Counted from the stretch's first letter, positions 25,640 through 38,847 are shown. The stretch is DNA of 64,000 nt from Octopus sinensis (GCF_006345805.1 NC_043026.1:7750001-7814000); one strand, 5' to 3'. Translations and numbers: made by a program. Notes: a model not told the origin generated them from the letters alone.

Positions 25640-25975
25640 ATGGAGGTGAACGAAGCTCATGTCGACACCCTGCTGAACATGGGTTTCCCCAGCGAAACCG
25701 ACATCCGTCACGCTCTTCGTTTCAGCAAGAACGATCTGAACGATGCGGTCGCCTACCTCACCGATGACCACTCCACCACCAACTACGACCATTTGGACAC
25801 ACAATTACAACTGTCATCACTTCGTACGTCTCCTGAGTCGTCTTTGGTCGGCGGCGGCGGTGGTGGAGGTGGCGGCGGCGGCGGTGACCAGCTTTTGCCC
25901 CACAACCGACTCTCGGGCCTCGATTTCTTTAAACCTCCCTCAGAACACTCGGATGATATCCTCACCGGACCTGAG
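25640..25975 (+). CDS. USP24: USP24 coding exon 1: UBA domain and poly-Gly linker
   Basis: MEVNEAHVDTLLNMGFPSETDIRHALRFSKNDLNDAVAYLT matches the recalled USP24 UBA (TLLCMGF...IRKALRLAKNDINEAVALLT). 12-Gly tract; donor GAG|gtcagt, phase 0. Confidence 0.93.
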
Positions 25976-26218
25976 GTCAGTACCCCCTTTTATTACCATC
26001 ATCATTTCTCTTCATCTCCCCTTTCTCTCTCTCTCTTCCCAATAACCTCTCCAATGCTCTCCCTATCAATCTGCCTCTCATAAACACATTCTGCTTCCCT
26101 CTCTCCTCGATCTCCCCTACCATCTTAACCCCCCCCCTCACTATTTACATTAAACAGCAGCATGGCTTCTTCAATCACTTGGAAAAGGAAGAAAAATATA
26201 CATTTCTAACGTATGCGC

Positions 26219-26252
<34 letters not shown>

Positions 26253-26686
26253 GCACGTGTGTGTGTGTGTAAAAATTGTAGGTGCGTAATTATGCTGTCT
26301 TTGTAGATATATAATGATGTATATATACTTAGGTGCATGTGCTGTGTCAAATAATTGTGTACACATTTAATTATGCACGCTTGTGTTTTTAAGTATAAAT
26401 ATGTTGGCAAACAGCTGTATACACACGTGTGTGTGTGCTTATATAAACTATATATAATGTGTATGTGTATACGCACACATATATACACATACATACGCAC
26501 ATATAACTAGCTGTCTTTAAGTGCACTTACTGTATAAACTATATACCTAGTGTGTATATGTATGTGCTTATATAACTCCATAGTTGTGTGTGTGTATGCT
26601 TATGTATATATTAATAACTGTAGACTATATACCTAGCTATTTGTGCGCGTGTGTATGTGCTTCTATTTAATTGTAAACGTAACTGG

Positions 26687-26721
<35 letters not shown>

Positions 26722-28469
26722 GAATGTCTTTTTTATATATAGCTGTATAAATTATATGCCGAGCTGTGTGGGTGTATATATATGTATTTGTGTGTTAATA
26801 TATAGCTGTTTATACTATACACCTGACTGTGTGTACGCAAGTGTCGATAATTCCATCTTTGGTCAATGCCTGTCTACACACATGGCGCGCGTGTGTGTGT
26901 GTGTGTACATATTACACACCCATCAAACGGTGTTTTTTTTTTTTTCTCTCCACTTCGATCCCTGGATTTTGGTTCCTGTTTCTTTTGAAATCCTGTCTTC
27001 GAACTTGTTCCTAGCCCCATGATGTAGCTAGGGAATATCAGCCTAGTCTTGCAGCTCGCTAGAAATCACAGCTAAATCTTACTCAAACCACGCCCTATTG
27101 TCTTAAATAGCAATCGACAGCGTTGAACGACTGAAAATATAAACGGCAGTATAACAGGATGGCCACGGCTGGAAAATTACCAATCAAGATTAATCTTAGA
27201 CCAAACAACAACAAATTCTTGTTTCTTTCAATTTTTTTTTTCTTCTCTCGTTTTAGTCGGGGATTGTTCGCAGATTTTCGCTTTTTCAATACCTTAAAAA
27301 GTTCATTTCCTTCGCGGTCTCCTATTATTTATTTATCTATTTATTGTTTAGTCAAAGCAAGAAGGGCAACCCGTAGGGCCTTTTAATTTTTTCCGGTTTA
27401 ATCGAGACGGATTTTGGGTAGAGGTGGAGAGGGAGGAGGGAGGTCAGAAGCGACCCCCACGCCAATGACTTGGCCCCAATATTTCCAAGAGTGATTCCGA
27501 ACACCACTTGATTCTGGGGATCACTTTATTGACCCCAAGATCCCTTGGTGTTGGGGTCAATAAAGTCAGGACAATATGACTGTCTGAAGGTGGCAGATGT
27601 GTGATAATGTAGTTTGTGGTTGTTTAGCCCCAGGTCTGGCCTGCACCAAACAGACTTATGATCAAAGATGTTCCAACCATTACGTTCCCATCTTTTATTC
27701 AGGCATAGTGTATCTCGGACTACATTATCTAATGTGTCCTTCCTAACTGTTTAGTCCCAGGTCAGTCTTTATCCAAAGATGTTCAAGCCATGATCACCCT
27801 TTCTTCCTCCCCAATTTGCTAGGACCCACTTCCACATTTTCCTGTTTGCCCTTTTATTTAAAATGGTTTGGATGTAATTTGGAGATCTGGCTGCTATTTT
27901 TTTGCAAGACAAACAGTTGCATAGAGGACCCTTTGTTTATTCTGTGGATGACAGCCTAAGTTACTATGTGTGGCACCTTAAAATTCTGTAGTTAGTACTC
28001 TGAGGGACTGCGGGGAGTACCAGTAGGTTCTATAGCTGAGTATCACTAGAGTCCAGTAGCACTAATCCTAAATACACTCAGGTACTCTAGAGAGTACCAC
28101 TTAGTACTCTTGCTGATCAAATCCAAATTTTGCAATGATGGGCTTAAATCTTGTTTTATTGCTTTTTTAAATAATATTTATTTGGTGGGAGAAGGTCCAT
28201 GCCCATAGCCCTTTACTTGCCTCACACAACTGTGAACTTGTAAGTCCAGAAACCCAGTATCTGTAGAACACTGTCACTTTGTCAGTTATGAGTATGAGTG
28301 TTCCCATTGATCCGGTCAATGGAACAACCTGCTCATGAAATTAATGTGCAAGTGGTTGAGTACTCCATATACATGCATACCCTTAACGTAGTTCTCAGGG
28401 GGATTCAACATGGCACAGAATATGACAAAGCTAGACTTATTGAATTACAGGGTGAAAGGCAGATTGTAT

Positions 28470-29065
28470 GCTGGCTGTGTATATATAGCCGTGTTACATG
28501 ACAGTGAAACATGTGCTTTGAGTACAGAGGAGTTGCAAAAGTTTCAAAGAAACGAAGCTAGAAATGCTCTGCTGGATGCGTAATGTCAGTGTGCATGCAC
28601 GACAGAATGTAAATGGTTTAAGAGAAAAACTGGGTGTAAGAGGCATCAGATGTTGTGTGCAAGAGAGAAGACTATGTTGGTTTGGTCATGTCATGTGTAT
28701 GGACAAGGACAGCTGTGTGAAGAAGTGTTGCACTCTAATGGTGGATGAAGTGGTAAGACAGGGTCTTCAGATGCTGGTCCTCAATGAAGAAATGGCAAGG
28801 GACCAGGAGATGTAGCAATTTGCTGTACTTGATGAGTCAATCTCTGTAAAATTGCTGTCTTCCACACTTTCATGCTTGTCCTTTATTCAGTTGCTGATGC
28901 CAGTTAAAAAGTAGCCATGCTGGTGCCATTAAGAAGAGCATCCAGTCCTAGAAACCATGCGAAAACAGACAGTTGCCATCTGGACAGCACCCTGCTAGCC
29001 AATACTATGTCAAACTGTCCAAACTATGCCAGCATGGAAAGCAAATGTTAAACGATGATGATGTA
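28470..29065 (+). mobile_element. RTE LINE 3' fragment
   Basis: MLCWMRNVSVH...REKLGVRGIRCCVQERRLCWFGHV, followed by the GCCAGCATGGAAAGC and GATGATGAT end. Confidence 0.8.
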
Positions 29066-30399
29066 CAACTCATTTTTGCCAGCTGAGTGGACTGAAACAA
29101 TGTGAAATAAAGTGACTCGCTCAAGGACACAGTGTTCCACTGGGAATCGAATTTACAACCTTATGATTGTGAGCCGAATTTCCAAATCACTAAGCTACAC
29201 TAAGCCTTTCCAATCTATTGAGCAGACGTTAAATCAAAGACCTTCGCCCAAAATCAACATCTTGTTCTTAGAAACAGAATTACTTGTGTCAGATTGTCTT
29301 TCATAAAAGCCCTTAAATTTAATTTATTTTCAAATTCAAATGTTATCATCATCATTTAATGCTCACTTGCAGGGGTCAGGAAGAATTTGTCAAGTTAGAT
29401 TTCTTTGGCTAGTTTCCGTTCCTGTTGCCAGTTCTCACCTGTTTCCAATTAAGATAATATTTGCCCATGACCAGACATATCTTGGAAGATTGGAAACGAG
29501 AGACACCACTCGCTGGATGGTGGCACTTGTTTACAACTCTCACATGATGTCAGATCGAAGCGATAGTAACACACACACACACGTGTAGGCACGTATATGA
29601 AGAGTTTCTTTTGGTTTCCATCTACTAAATCCATGAAAGCAATGCTTTGCTTGGCCTGGGCTATGGTAGCAGATACCTTCTCATAGTGCCATCCAGTGGG
29701 ACTGAAACCAGAACCATGTTGTTTGGAAGCAACCATGCTCATGCCTGTCTGTGAAATTAGGAATTTTCCTACTTTATATTACATTAAGTTGGAGTCAATA
29801 CAATTTTATAGACTCTGACTCTAGGAACTCAATGCTTGCTTCTGACTTTATGACTCCTCTCCTCCAATATGTTGGTTGCAGCCCTTTATTATAAAATCAA
29901 ACAGAGCAAACTACCAACTTTTTTGTGGATAGCAGGGATTCTGTGTCTCACTATCCCCTCCTGTCATCAGCCCTTTTGTTGTATTTACTGGGATTGAGGG
30001 TGAGAGTGTGAAGTAGCTATCATTAGGGTGTCAAATAGAATACCTTTTGGTATTAACTCCAACCCTCTAAACTCAATGTTCAAATCTTGCTGTGATAAAC
30101 TTTGCTGCTCTTCCTTTCAGGGGTTGATGGCCCCACTCTAGAGCAGCGAATTGGTGGACCTGTTTCAGGGTCAGGTTAGTTGCCTTTGCAATATTTATTC
30201 TGACTAATGCCTTTGATGACACTGGGACCAGCTTTGCTTTCCTCTCCGACATCATCAGTGACGCACAGACAGGAGACTGACATTCAAGTCAGAAAGGAAG
30301 GCAGTGCTCCCGACCCATTACAGGGTCTCTTTGATTGTTTTGTTTTTTTTGTGTGGTGAGTGGTCAAAGAGAAATGGAGTCAGTTGGAGTCCTAGACTC

Positions 30400-31720
30400 T
30401 TCTGCTAAAAATACCTGATGATAAATTGTCTCCCTCTCATGTGGGCCAGGGGGGGAATTTGAACTTGGGATGCAAAGGGTTGGAATGAACCCTAAGGCAT
30501 CCAGTTCCCCCAATCACTGCTCTAGATTGGTATAGTTTTATATTGACCAGGGAAGGATGGAAGGAAATGTTGACCTTGGTGGAATTTGAACTGAGAACAT
30601 AGAAAAGCGTTCTATCTGAAATGCCAGTTCTTTTGCCAGTTTGATGGTGTTTCACAAAAAGCTTTATGGAGGTCTGTCCCTGAAGGACTTTACAGCTGCA
30701 GACTTTCATGTTCGTTCATGAGTGAAGCAGGTTTTAAATGTGGGAGGGATCTGTCACTGCTTTAAGGCATGAAAAGTCCATCAAGCCCAGCTGGCTCTGA
30801 CTCACAGAACCTAATGTAGTCCTCTGTCCTGGGTAATGGATCCCCAGCAAGGGGTATACAGCCTAACCTCACTGCCTTAATTAGAGGAGGTCCCTAATGT
30901 GTTCTGGTGATTCAACAGTCTTCTAGCAACTCTTTGTGCCAAACTGTCACCTGTGCACACCTTTGGTTCATATCACTATGGTTGACTTGCCCCCCCCACC
31001 AAAAAAAATTGCTGGACTTGTGCTAAAATTTGAAACCAATAATTAGCAGGAGTCAGATGGGTTGCCCTTCTTGGAGATGGGTACACTGTTTCCAAAGATT
31101 AAGGTTGATCCCTGTCTAAAGGGAGAGATTGTTGAGTTTGGTATGTGTAGGGGCTATGTCTGGGGATATAGTGTTTGTGACTCATGGAAAAGGACACCAT
31201 CAGGACTGGTGACCAAAGGTACTTCTCTACTTGACTTGTGTGTATGCAGGGTGGAACAGAAGATAGAATTGTTGGACACTTGTGAAATCTGTGTTGTGTG
31301 GAGTTGGCTGGGAATCAGGGAGTGAAGATGGAAGCTTCCTCTATGGGGTTTCTGCTCACAGAAATATCATAGTTGTGATATTGGAGGTAAAAAAATTCTG
31401 TAAAAAGGGTGGAAATATTTTTGGTAAAGAACCCAAGGGATTGGTTGCAGGTTGAAAGGTAGAAATAGTTGAGGGCTGTTAAGTCATGTTTTGTGAATTG
31501 GATTGTGACTTTGCAAATGTGTGTTGCTGGGTAAATGCCATCCAGTTGGGTGGGTGATGGGTAAGTTTTGCCAGATGTTGCTTTTTGCTTAAGTAACTTG
31601 AATTATGAGTGGACCTCTTGCGGCATAGAATTTTTTGTTGGGTCAGGGCTGTGGAGGGACATGCCCAGAGTGCTAGTTTTGGTAAGCTGCCAAGCTTTTT
31701 CCTCTTCCCAGCTGAAGAGG
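30400..31720 (-). mobile_element. Old CR1/L2/Jockey-group LINE RT remnant
   Basis: Minus-strand remnants PI.KKGNPSD (about 31065-31090) and TVWHKELL (about 30930-30960) resemble VPIPKKGD.S.P.NYRP and FDRVWH.GLL. Heavily decayed. Confidence 0.45.
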
Positions 31721-32119
31721 TTTTTGTCTTACAAGTTACTTGATGACCCCCGTCAGTGCTGGTGCCACGTAAAAAGCACCCAGTGCACCCTGTGAAGTTC
31801 TTAATATTAGGAAGGGCATTAACCATGGAGCCTCATGTGGGCCCTGACTGTACCAGCTCTGGTCAAACCCATGCCAGCATGGAAAACTGATGTTAAATGA
31901 TGATAGGGGTAGTTACGATAAAACCAGTGGAGTCACCCACAAGTCATCTGACCTGAAGTTCCACAGGGTGCTGCAGACTATGGCAGAATTTTGGGGTTGG
32001 ATGATGTTTAGGGAGGAGATGAGAGGTTTGTAGTTTAGGTTAAATGGAGTTTGGAGGTGAGAAAGAGATCCAGGGAGATTGGGGTAGGGGAATGTTTTGC
32101 AGGGGTGATTATATCTTTT

Positions 32120-32345
32120 ATTTTTACTGGTTTCAGTTATCAGATTGTGGCCATGCTGGGGCACCACCTTATTGGGTTTAATCAAACAAATCGACCCCAG
32201 TACTTAAATAAGTACCAGGTCAATAAGCCTGGTACTTATTTTATCAGTCTCTTGCTGAACTGTTAAGTTACAGAGATGTAAACAGATCAATACTATTTGT
32301 CAACCGGTGGTAGGGGACAAACACAGACAAAAGACACACAGACAC
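32120..32345 (-). mobile_element. SINE family A, 3' half
   Basis: Reverse complement of the family A tail. Confidence 0.75.
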
Positions 32346-32950
32346 ACATAGTTGAGATGTTTGAGTGCAGACATGTAGATGTATGCTGTGTCCAAGAAGT
32401 ACAATGGTGGGGAGCCTCAGCTAAAATGCTTATGGGCAAAGGACACAGATACAAATTTTTTGGGGTAGGCAAAAATGATGGCCTAGGAGGTATGGGTATT
32501 TTACTAGCAGAGAAATGGGCGGATAAGGTGATCAAGGTAGTCAGGGTATGTGATAGGATTATTAATCTTAGGATACCTTTGTTTGATGTAACTCTGTCAG
32601 TTATCTCTGCATATGCTCCACACACTGGGCATGCGAATGCTCAGAAGGACTACTTCTGCGAACCCCTTCTGAGGACTACTTTGATGACAAAAGATGATGT
32701 TCTCATTATGGCAAGGGACTTCAATGGACATGTTGGAAAACACTCTGATGGATTCCAGGGTGTGCATGAAGGCTACAGCTTTGGTTCCTGAAATGATGAG
32801 GGGATAAGGCTGCTGGAGTTTTGTGATGCTTATCTAACTTCAGAAAACCTGCCAACCATCTGATCACTTATCAATCCGGGGTGCATACCAGCCAGATTGA
32901 CTACATCCTCCTCATCAGACACACGGACAGATATATGCTTGTAAATTCCA
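32345..32950 (+). mobile_element. RTE LINE APE endonuclease fragment
   Basis: VDVCCVQEVQWWG...EKWADKVIKVVRVCDRII...ISAYAP...RDFNGHVG. Confidence 0.88.
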
Positions 32951-33143
32951 CTTATGCCCAACTCTTCTCTTAAGATGCTTACACTCTAATAATCTTGAAC
33001 CCCAACTGCCTCTTACAACTTGTGTCAGATGTCACAAAACTTGTAAGACAATATCTGGATTTGAAAGACATAAGCTATTCGTTCAGAATCAGATTCCAGA
33101 GGGCAAAAGATGTAGAAGAAACTCGAAAAAATATATGAAGACC

Positions 33144-33520
33144 CGTTGAGGCAAGTGAGGATCAGAATTGGAATCGATCAATGGAAATTGCAGATGTGTT
33201 ACCAGTGCCGGTGGCATGTAAGAGAACCTTCCGTTTCGGGACCGTTGCCAGCACCGCCCCGACTGGCCTCGTGCCGATGGCACATAAAAAGCACCATCCG
33301 TTCGTGGCCGTTTGCCAGCTCTGTCTGGCACCTGTGCGGGTGGCACATAAAAAGCACCCACTACACTCTCGGAGTGGTTGGCGTTAGGAAGGGCATCCAG
33401 CCGTAGAAACACTGCCAGATTTGACTGGGCCTGATGAAGCCTTCTGGCTTCACAGACCCCAGTAGAACCGTCCAACCCATGCTAGCATGGAAAACGGATG
33501 CTAAACGATGATGATGATGA
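33144..33520 (+). mobile_element. Young RTE LINE 3'UTR copy
   Basis: Nearly identical to the reverse complement of 42130-42540; CCATGCTAGCATGG palindrome and (GAT)n tail. Confidence 0.92.
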
Positions 33521-33566
33521 TATATATATATATAATAGTAATGATATGAGGGAATATTTCTAATTT

Positions 33567-34050
33567 ATCATCATCATCGTTTCATCCGCTTTCCATGCTA
33601 GCATGGGTTGGACGGTTCAACTGGGGTCTGGGAAGCCAGGAGGCTGCACCAGACCAGTCAGATCTGGCAGTGTTTCTACAGCTGGATGCCCTTCCTAACG
33701 CCAACCACCCCGTGAGTGTACTGGGTGCTTTTTATGTGCCACCAACACAGGTGCCAGATGAGGCTGGTGAACGTCCACGCTCGGATGTTGTTTTTTTATG
33801 TGCCACGGACACAGGTGCCAGACGAGGCTGGCGAACGGCCACGCTCGGATGGTGTTTTTTATGTGCCACCGGCACGGAGGCCAGGCGAGGCTGGCACGGC
33901 CATGATCGGATGGTGTTTGTTACGTGCCACCTGCACGGAGGCCAGTCGATGCGGTACTGGCTACGGCCACGTACGGATGGTTTTCTTATGTGCCACCGGC
34001 ACTGGTACCACAAAACTACAAATTCCATTGATGTTCATCGATTTTGATTT
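33567..34050 (-). mobile_element. RTE LINE 3'UTR copy, tail-to-tail with 33144-33520
   Basis: (CAT)n tail, the palindrome and about five tandem units. A further diverged minus copy lies at about 34130-34470. Confidence 0.9.
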
Positions 34051-34581
34051 GATTTTATTTTAATTTGATTTATATATATATTTTAATTTGATATATATAT
34101 ATATATATATATATATAATCCTTATCATCATCATCATCATCAGTTAACATCTGTTGTCCATGCTGGCATGGGTTGGATAATTTGACTGGGCTGGCATGCT
34201 GGAAGGCATGATTTGGCATGGTTTTCTACAGCTGGATGCACTTCCTAATGCCAACTACTCCATGAGTGTAATGGGTGCTTTTATCTGCCACTGGCATGAG
34301 TGCCTTTTGCGTGACACTGGGGTGCGTTTATGTGCCAATTTGCATGACACCAGTATCTGCTGCAACTGTGATTTTGCTTGGCTTGATGGATCTTCTTCTC
34401 AAGCATGACTTATTGCCAAAGGTCTTGTTCATTGCCTTTGTGAAGCCCAACGCTCGAAAGGAACTCAGCCATGTTGCCTCTGTGAATAAATATTTAACTA
34501 ACATTATTTCAGACAAATCTTATTAGTTAAGATGGTTAAAGAATGTACAAAGAAAATATTCAAGGAAAATTATTAGTCAAC

Positions 34582-34637
<56 letters not shown>

Positions 34638-34663
34638 TATACACACACATATACATGAATGTA

Positions 34664-35720
34664 CAAGAGTTGGCTGAATAGTTCATAGGATGACCAAGAT
34701 ATTCTCAAGGAATTCGACCAAATGAGGTTTATTTTTCAACCTAGTCTCCCTTGTTGTGCCCATCCTTCTTCCAATGATGTTGCACTGTTTGGATCTGATT
34801 GATGAAAAAGCATTCATCTTGCTGGTCAAAAAAAGGTCATCAACAGCACAAACAACATCATCATCCCTGCAATACTGGTTCCCAGCCAAGTGTTTTTGCT
34901 GTTGGCAAACAGATGATAGTCAGATAGGGGCCAAATAAGGAGAATAGGGAGGATGAACAACCAGTTCAAAGACACAAACATGCACAACAGCCATCGAAAC
35001 CAAGGATTTATGTGCTGGGGCATTGTCCAGATGAAACAAGACCCCTTTTGTTAGTTTTTCTGGCTGTTTGGTCTTCATAGCCTTTTGTAAATGCCTTAAC
35101 AAGTTGGCATGGCACTCTCCATTAATAATGTGGGCCTTTTGAAAATAGTCAATAAACACAATGCCTTTTGCATCCCCAAAAACTGAGGCCATCAGCTTCC
35201 CTGCAGGTGAAATGACCTTGACCTTTTTGGAGCAGGTGAGGAGAGGTGTTTCTATGGCACGGATTGTCTCGTTGTCTCTCTAGCTCAAAGTAATGAACCC
35301 AACACACACCCTGCATTAGGAAACATTCAAGAAAACCAGCTGAATGTTCCCTGTCAAATTTTCCCATGATGTGATTGGCCTGGTGCACTTTTGGTCAGAT
35401 GTCAGAAGATGTGGCACCCACCAAGCAGAAACCTTCATCATGCCAAGTTCATTGTGCAGAATATTCTCTACTCCCTCACAGGATATGGCTAACAGCATTG
35501 GCTATTTGAGTTATAATCAATCGCTTGTTATCCATCACTATGTGGTGAACATGATCAATGTTTACCTTGGCGGTGGCCATTTCAGGATGTCCTGACATTG
35601 GGTCATTTTCAAGACTCTCCTTTTCTCTCCTAAATTCAGCTGTCCCCTTTTGCACTGTTGATAAAGTTTGAGTGTCCATCACCTAATGTAGCAACCATGT
35701 TAGTATGAACGTCTTTGGGG
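34664..35720 (-). mobile_element. Decayed mariner transposon, DD34D
   Basis: ASVFGDAKGIVFIDY...LFHLDNAPAHKSLVSMAVVHVCVFELVVHPPYSPYLAP(SD)YHLF gives 34 residues between the Ds. TIR-like CAAGAGTTGGCTGAATAGTTC after TA at the left end; the right end is approximate. Confidence 0.85.
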
Positions 35721-37599
35721 GTCTAAACCCTTTTTCTGCTGGTACTTGATAAGACCAAAATGCCAAATTTTGTCCATTTTCAAGAGAAGTTGTTACTAGT
35801 TACATCTGATGTCTTTGAACAGTCAGATGTCAGTTTACCTGGAAAGAAACAATGCAGTTATGAATAACAAGAGAGGAGAAATTAATACATTCAAGATTTC
35901 ACAGCTCTAGCATCACTCCTTCATAACCAGCCAATAAACTTCCAGCCCAACCTCATATACATCCATGTATATATGTTTGTTTATGTATTTGCAAGTCTCT
36001 GTATTGATTGTCATATATATATGTGTGTGTGTATGTGTTGATGTGAGTATTATGGCCATGTGTGATATTGTTTGAGCAACAGCATGTTTGTGTCTCCTGT
36101 CAGCAACAACAATAGTTGGATGTTGGGTTCACCATGTGAAGAACAGCAGGAAGCCAAGGTTGGCAATAGAAAGGGCCCCCAACAGAGGAACACTTCCACA
36201 ACAAGCCTCTTGTAACTCATAATGAGGATGATTATGATGATAGATAGATCTCATTCTCTCAAACTATTGTGTATGGGGGAAAGGAAAATGAAGACATCTC
36301 AAATGATATATTTGAAATAGGCATCAATGAACACTCCACAATCAGCGTTGTTAATAGTGTTAACTTTTTGAAAAGACTATCACATGGAATGCAAAAAAAA
36401 AAAATGCATATTTTTTACTAATGGCTGCATTGTATATGATTGTTTCTTTAACTTCTGCTAATTCCATTCTCAATGTGGCTTGAGTATATAACTGTCCTTT
36501 GAGACTGCCCTTTCCCCTTTGTGGAAAAAACACTGACCCCTGCATGACTTACAGACTAAATCTATGCCAGTGTTTCTTTCTTGACCCTAGAAGTTAGTGT
36601 GCACCAGAGGGGTCAGCACATAACCATCTGTCATTTCTCCTGTTAGACTTTCAGTCTTGATCAAAGTTTTCCTCATCTGAGAAGAGCCAAAACATGCCAT
36701 ATTCGTCAAGGATTTTAATCTAAATAAACGCTTGGCACCAATCAAATGGTTTTCTTGTGTCTTTGCAGACATGAATTGGCTTTTCATCAGTTCATACAAT
36801 TTCTATCAAATGTCCTCAGTTCTTATAATTCACTCCGACACTTGAAGTTCTTTGGTGATGGTCATCATTGATTTTCTGGGATTATCATCAATATTGGATG
36901 AATGGGGGTGTCCTTATTGTCTTCGAATGTTTACAATATTTTTTCCTTTTTTCTCTTTGATGCAATGGAAACATTCCTGTCAGAGGCTTTCAATTCCATC
37001 TGAAGATTTTCCAACATTGCGAAAGTTGACAATTTCTAAATTGCTTTAATCTGCACATTTGGCAACAACGACTGCATCTCTTTTTGTTTCTGGTGTTAGC
37101 ATTTTATCTGCCATGGGGGACCCGAAAGAAATTAAAACCTTTTAATTGGTTTGAAGAGAGTAATATACTGACATCTTAGTGTCCTCAAATACCCTTGTGT
37201 GTGTGTATATATATATATACACTAAAGTGAACAAGGGCACTAATCGGCACCAGTATCGCTAGAAATAAGAGTCAAAACAACTCAGTAGCCACAAAACACA
37301 CCATCTCACAATGCAAAGATCTGAAATCGAAAGTGTAGGGCACCTCGTCCAGTGCAGTAACAACTCTTGCAACCTATCACTCTAGATTGCTGTTTTATTT
37401 TACTAACTCTTGAAGGACAAAATGTCAAGTACGCTATGGCAGGATTTGAACCCGAAATTCAAGAAACCTGAACATGTTATAGTATTATGGTCAGTGTTGT
37501 AACAACTCTGTCAGTTTGCTGTCTGTGATTGCTCAGTGAGTCCTCCCCTCCAATCTAGGACCAACAACAGAAGGACAAATTAGTTGTGTTGCAACCACA

Positions 37600-37860
37600 A
37601 GCAATGAAAGACAGCAACTCCGGAACATTGTGGGGAAAAGAGAGGCTGATCATCTATGGCTGTGGTCAAAGGAAGAAAGGTCTGGAAAAGATGGTCATAG
37701 AGGAAATAGTAGAGTGTAGTATATGAAGAGTCATGCTAAGAAGGCAATGGGCGGACAATATCAAGAGCTGGTTGGATAAGAGTAGCAAGGAAGCTGGAGA
37801 TCTTGTGCTTAATAGGGAAGATTTTTGTTGTAGTTTCATGAATGTGGTTGAGGCATACGA
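37600..37860 (+). mobile_element. C-terminal remnant of a different RTE-like LINE
   Basis: GLEKMVIE.IVE...RRQWADNIKSW resembles the RTE C-terminal G.VEG.R.RGRPR.QW.DNIK.W. Confidence 0.45.
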
Positions 37861-38788
37861 TACGAAATGACAATACAGGTGTTTGATATCAGAAAGGTTA
37901 GAGAGTTCAAATCCAGCCGTGGCCAGTTTAAGCTTTCCATCAGTTTACACACAATTGGTTGCAACAAGGAAAACAGAAATCAGTTTGGAATTTCTAAGGC
38001 ACTGGTTCTTTCATTGCACCCTTTTGTCATGTCTGGCCAGTGTTGCTCTGCCCCACAGGAAGAATATAATGTGAAATAAATAACATGAACAGACAACAGG
38101 CAGCAGAAACTGTTTTTCTGTAATTTAATCCTTTTCTTAAAATATTTCAGTTGAAATTCATTGTTTTTGTTTTAATGTTGAAAATGAGGAAGAATTTAGT
38201 AAAATATTTTTATCATAATTAATCTGGTGTTTGGAGCATTAATTAATGTGAAATTTCGATGGAAGGTTTTAATTGAGATGACAGTAAAACTGCTAATTTG
38301 TTACATAGAATCAAAGGTAGTCCTCAGGTGTTTGATATCAGAAAGGTTAGAGAGTTCAAATCCAGCTGTGGCCAGTTTAAACTTTCATCCTTTCCGGGCT
38401 AATCAAATAAAATACCAGTTATGTTTTGGAGTTGATAAATCGACTTTCTTTCCCCTTAAATATTCAAATCTACAAGTCAATCTTTATAGCCAACTTAACT
38501 TGAATTTATTACTAGAATACTGAGTACTGTGTTATTTACCATGAAAGGGTCTCTCATATGGACAAATGGTGCCTAAAAGCACACATATTTCTATTGCTGG
38601 CAGACAAAGATCATCTGCTACAGGCACCAGAACTGCCAGATCGCATGATTTCAACATGCCCTGTCTCCTCAGTGGCTGGCATCTGGGAGCTGCATTCCAA
38701 CCAAATCTCACTGCTAATCATATATAAAGCTTTACAAATCAGACTAGTAATCTTCCTGTTTGAAAAACATGCTACATAAATATGTATG

Positions 38789-38801
38789 CACACACACACA
38801 C

Positions 38802-38845
<44 letters not shown>
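38789..38845. repeat. (CA)n microsatellite
   Basis: Seen directly. Confidence 0.97.

Positions 38846-38847
<2 letters not shown>

Noticed and set aside
25976-26083. C-terminal part of the 147-aa ORF 25640-26083
   Set aside because: Read-through past the GAG|gtcagt donor into a pyrimidine-rich intron; USP24 homology resumes at 45158.
33400-33460. CTGATGA in the RTE 3'UTR as a hammerhead core
   Set aside because: No helix II followed by GAAA downstream, and other copies read CTGGTGCAG at this position.
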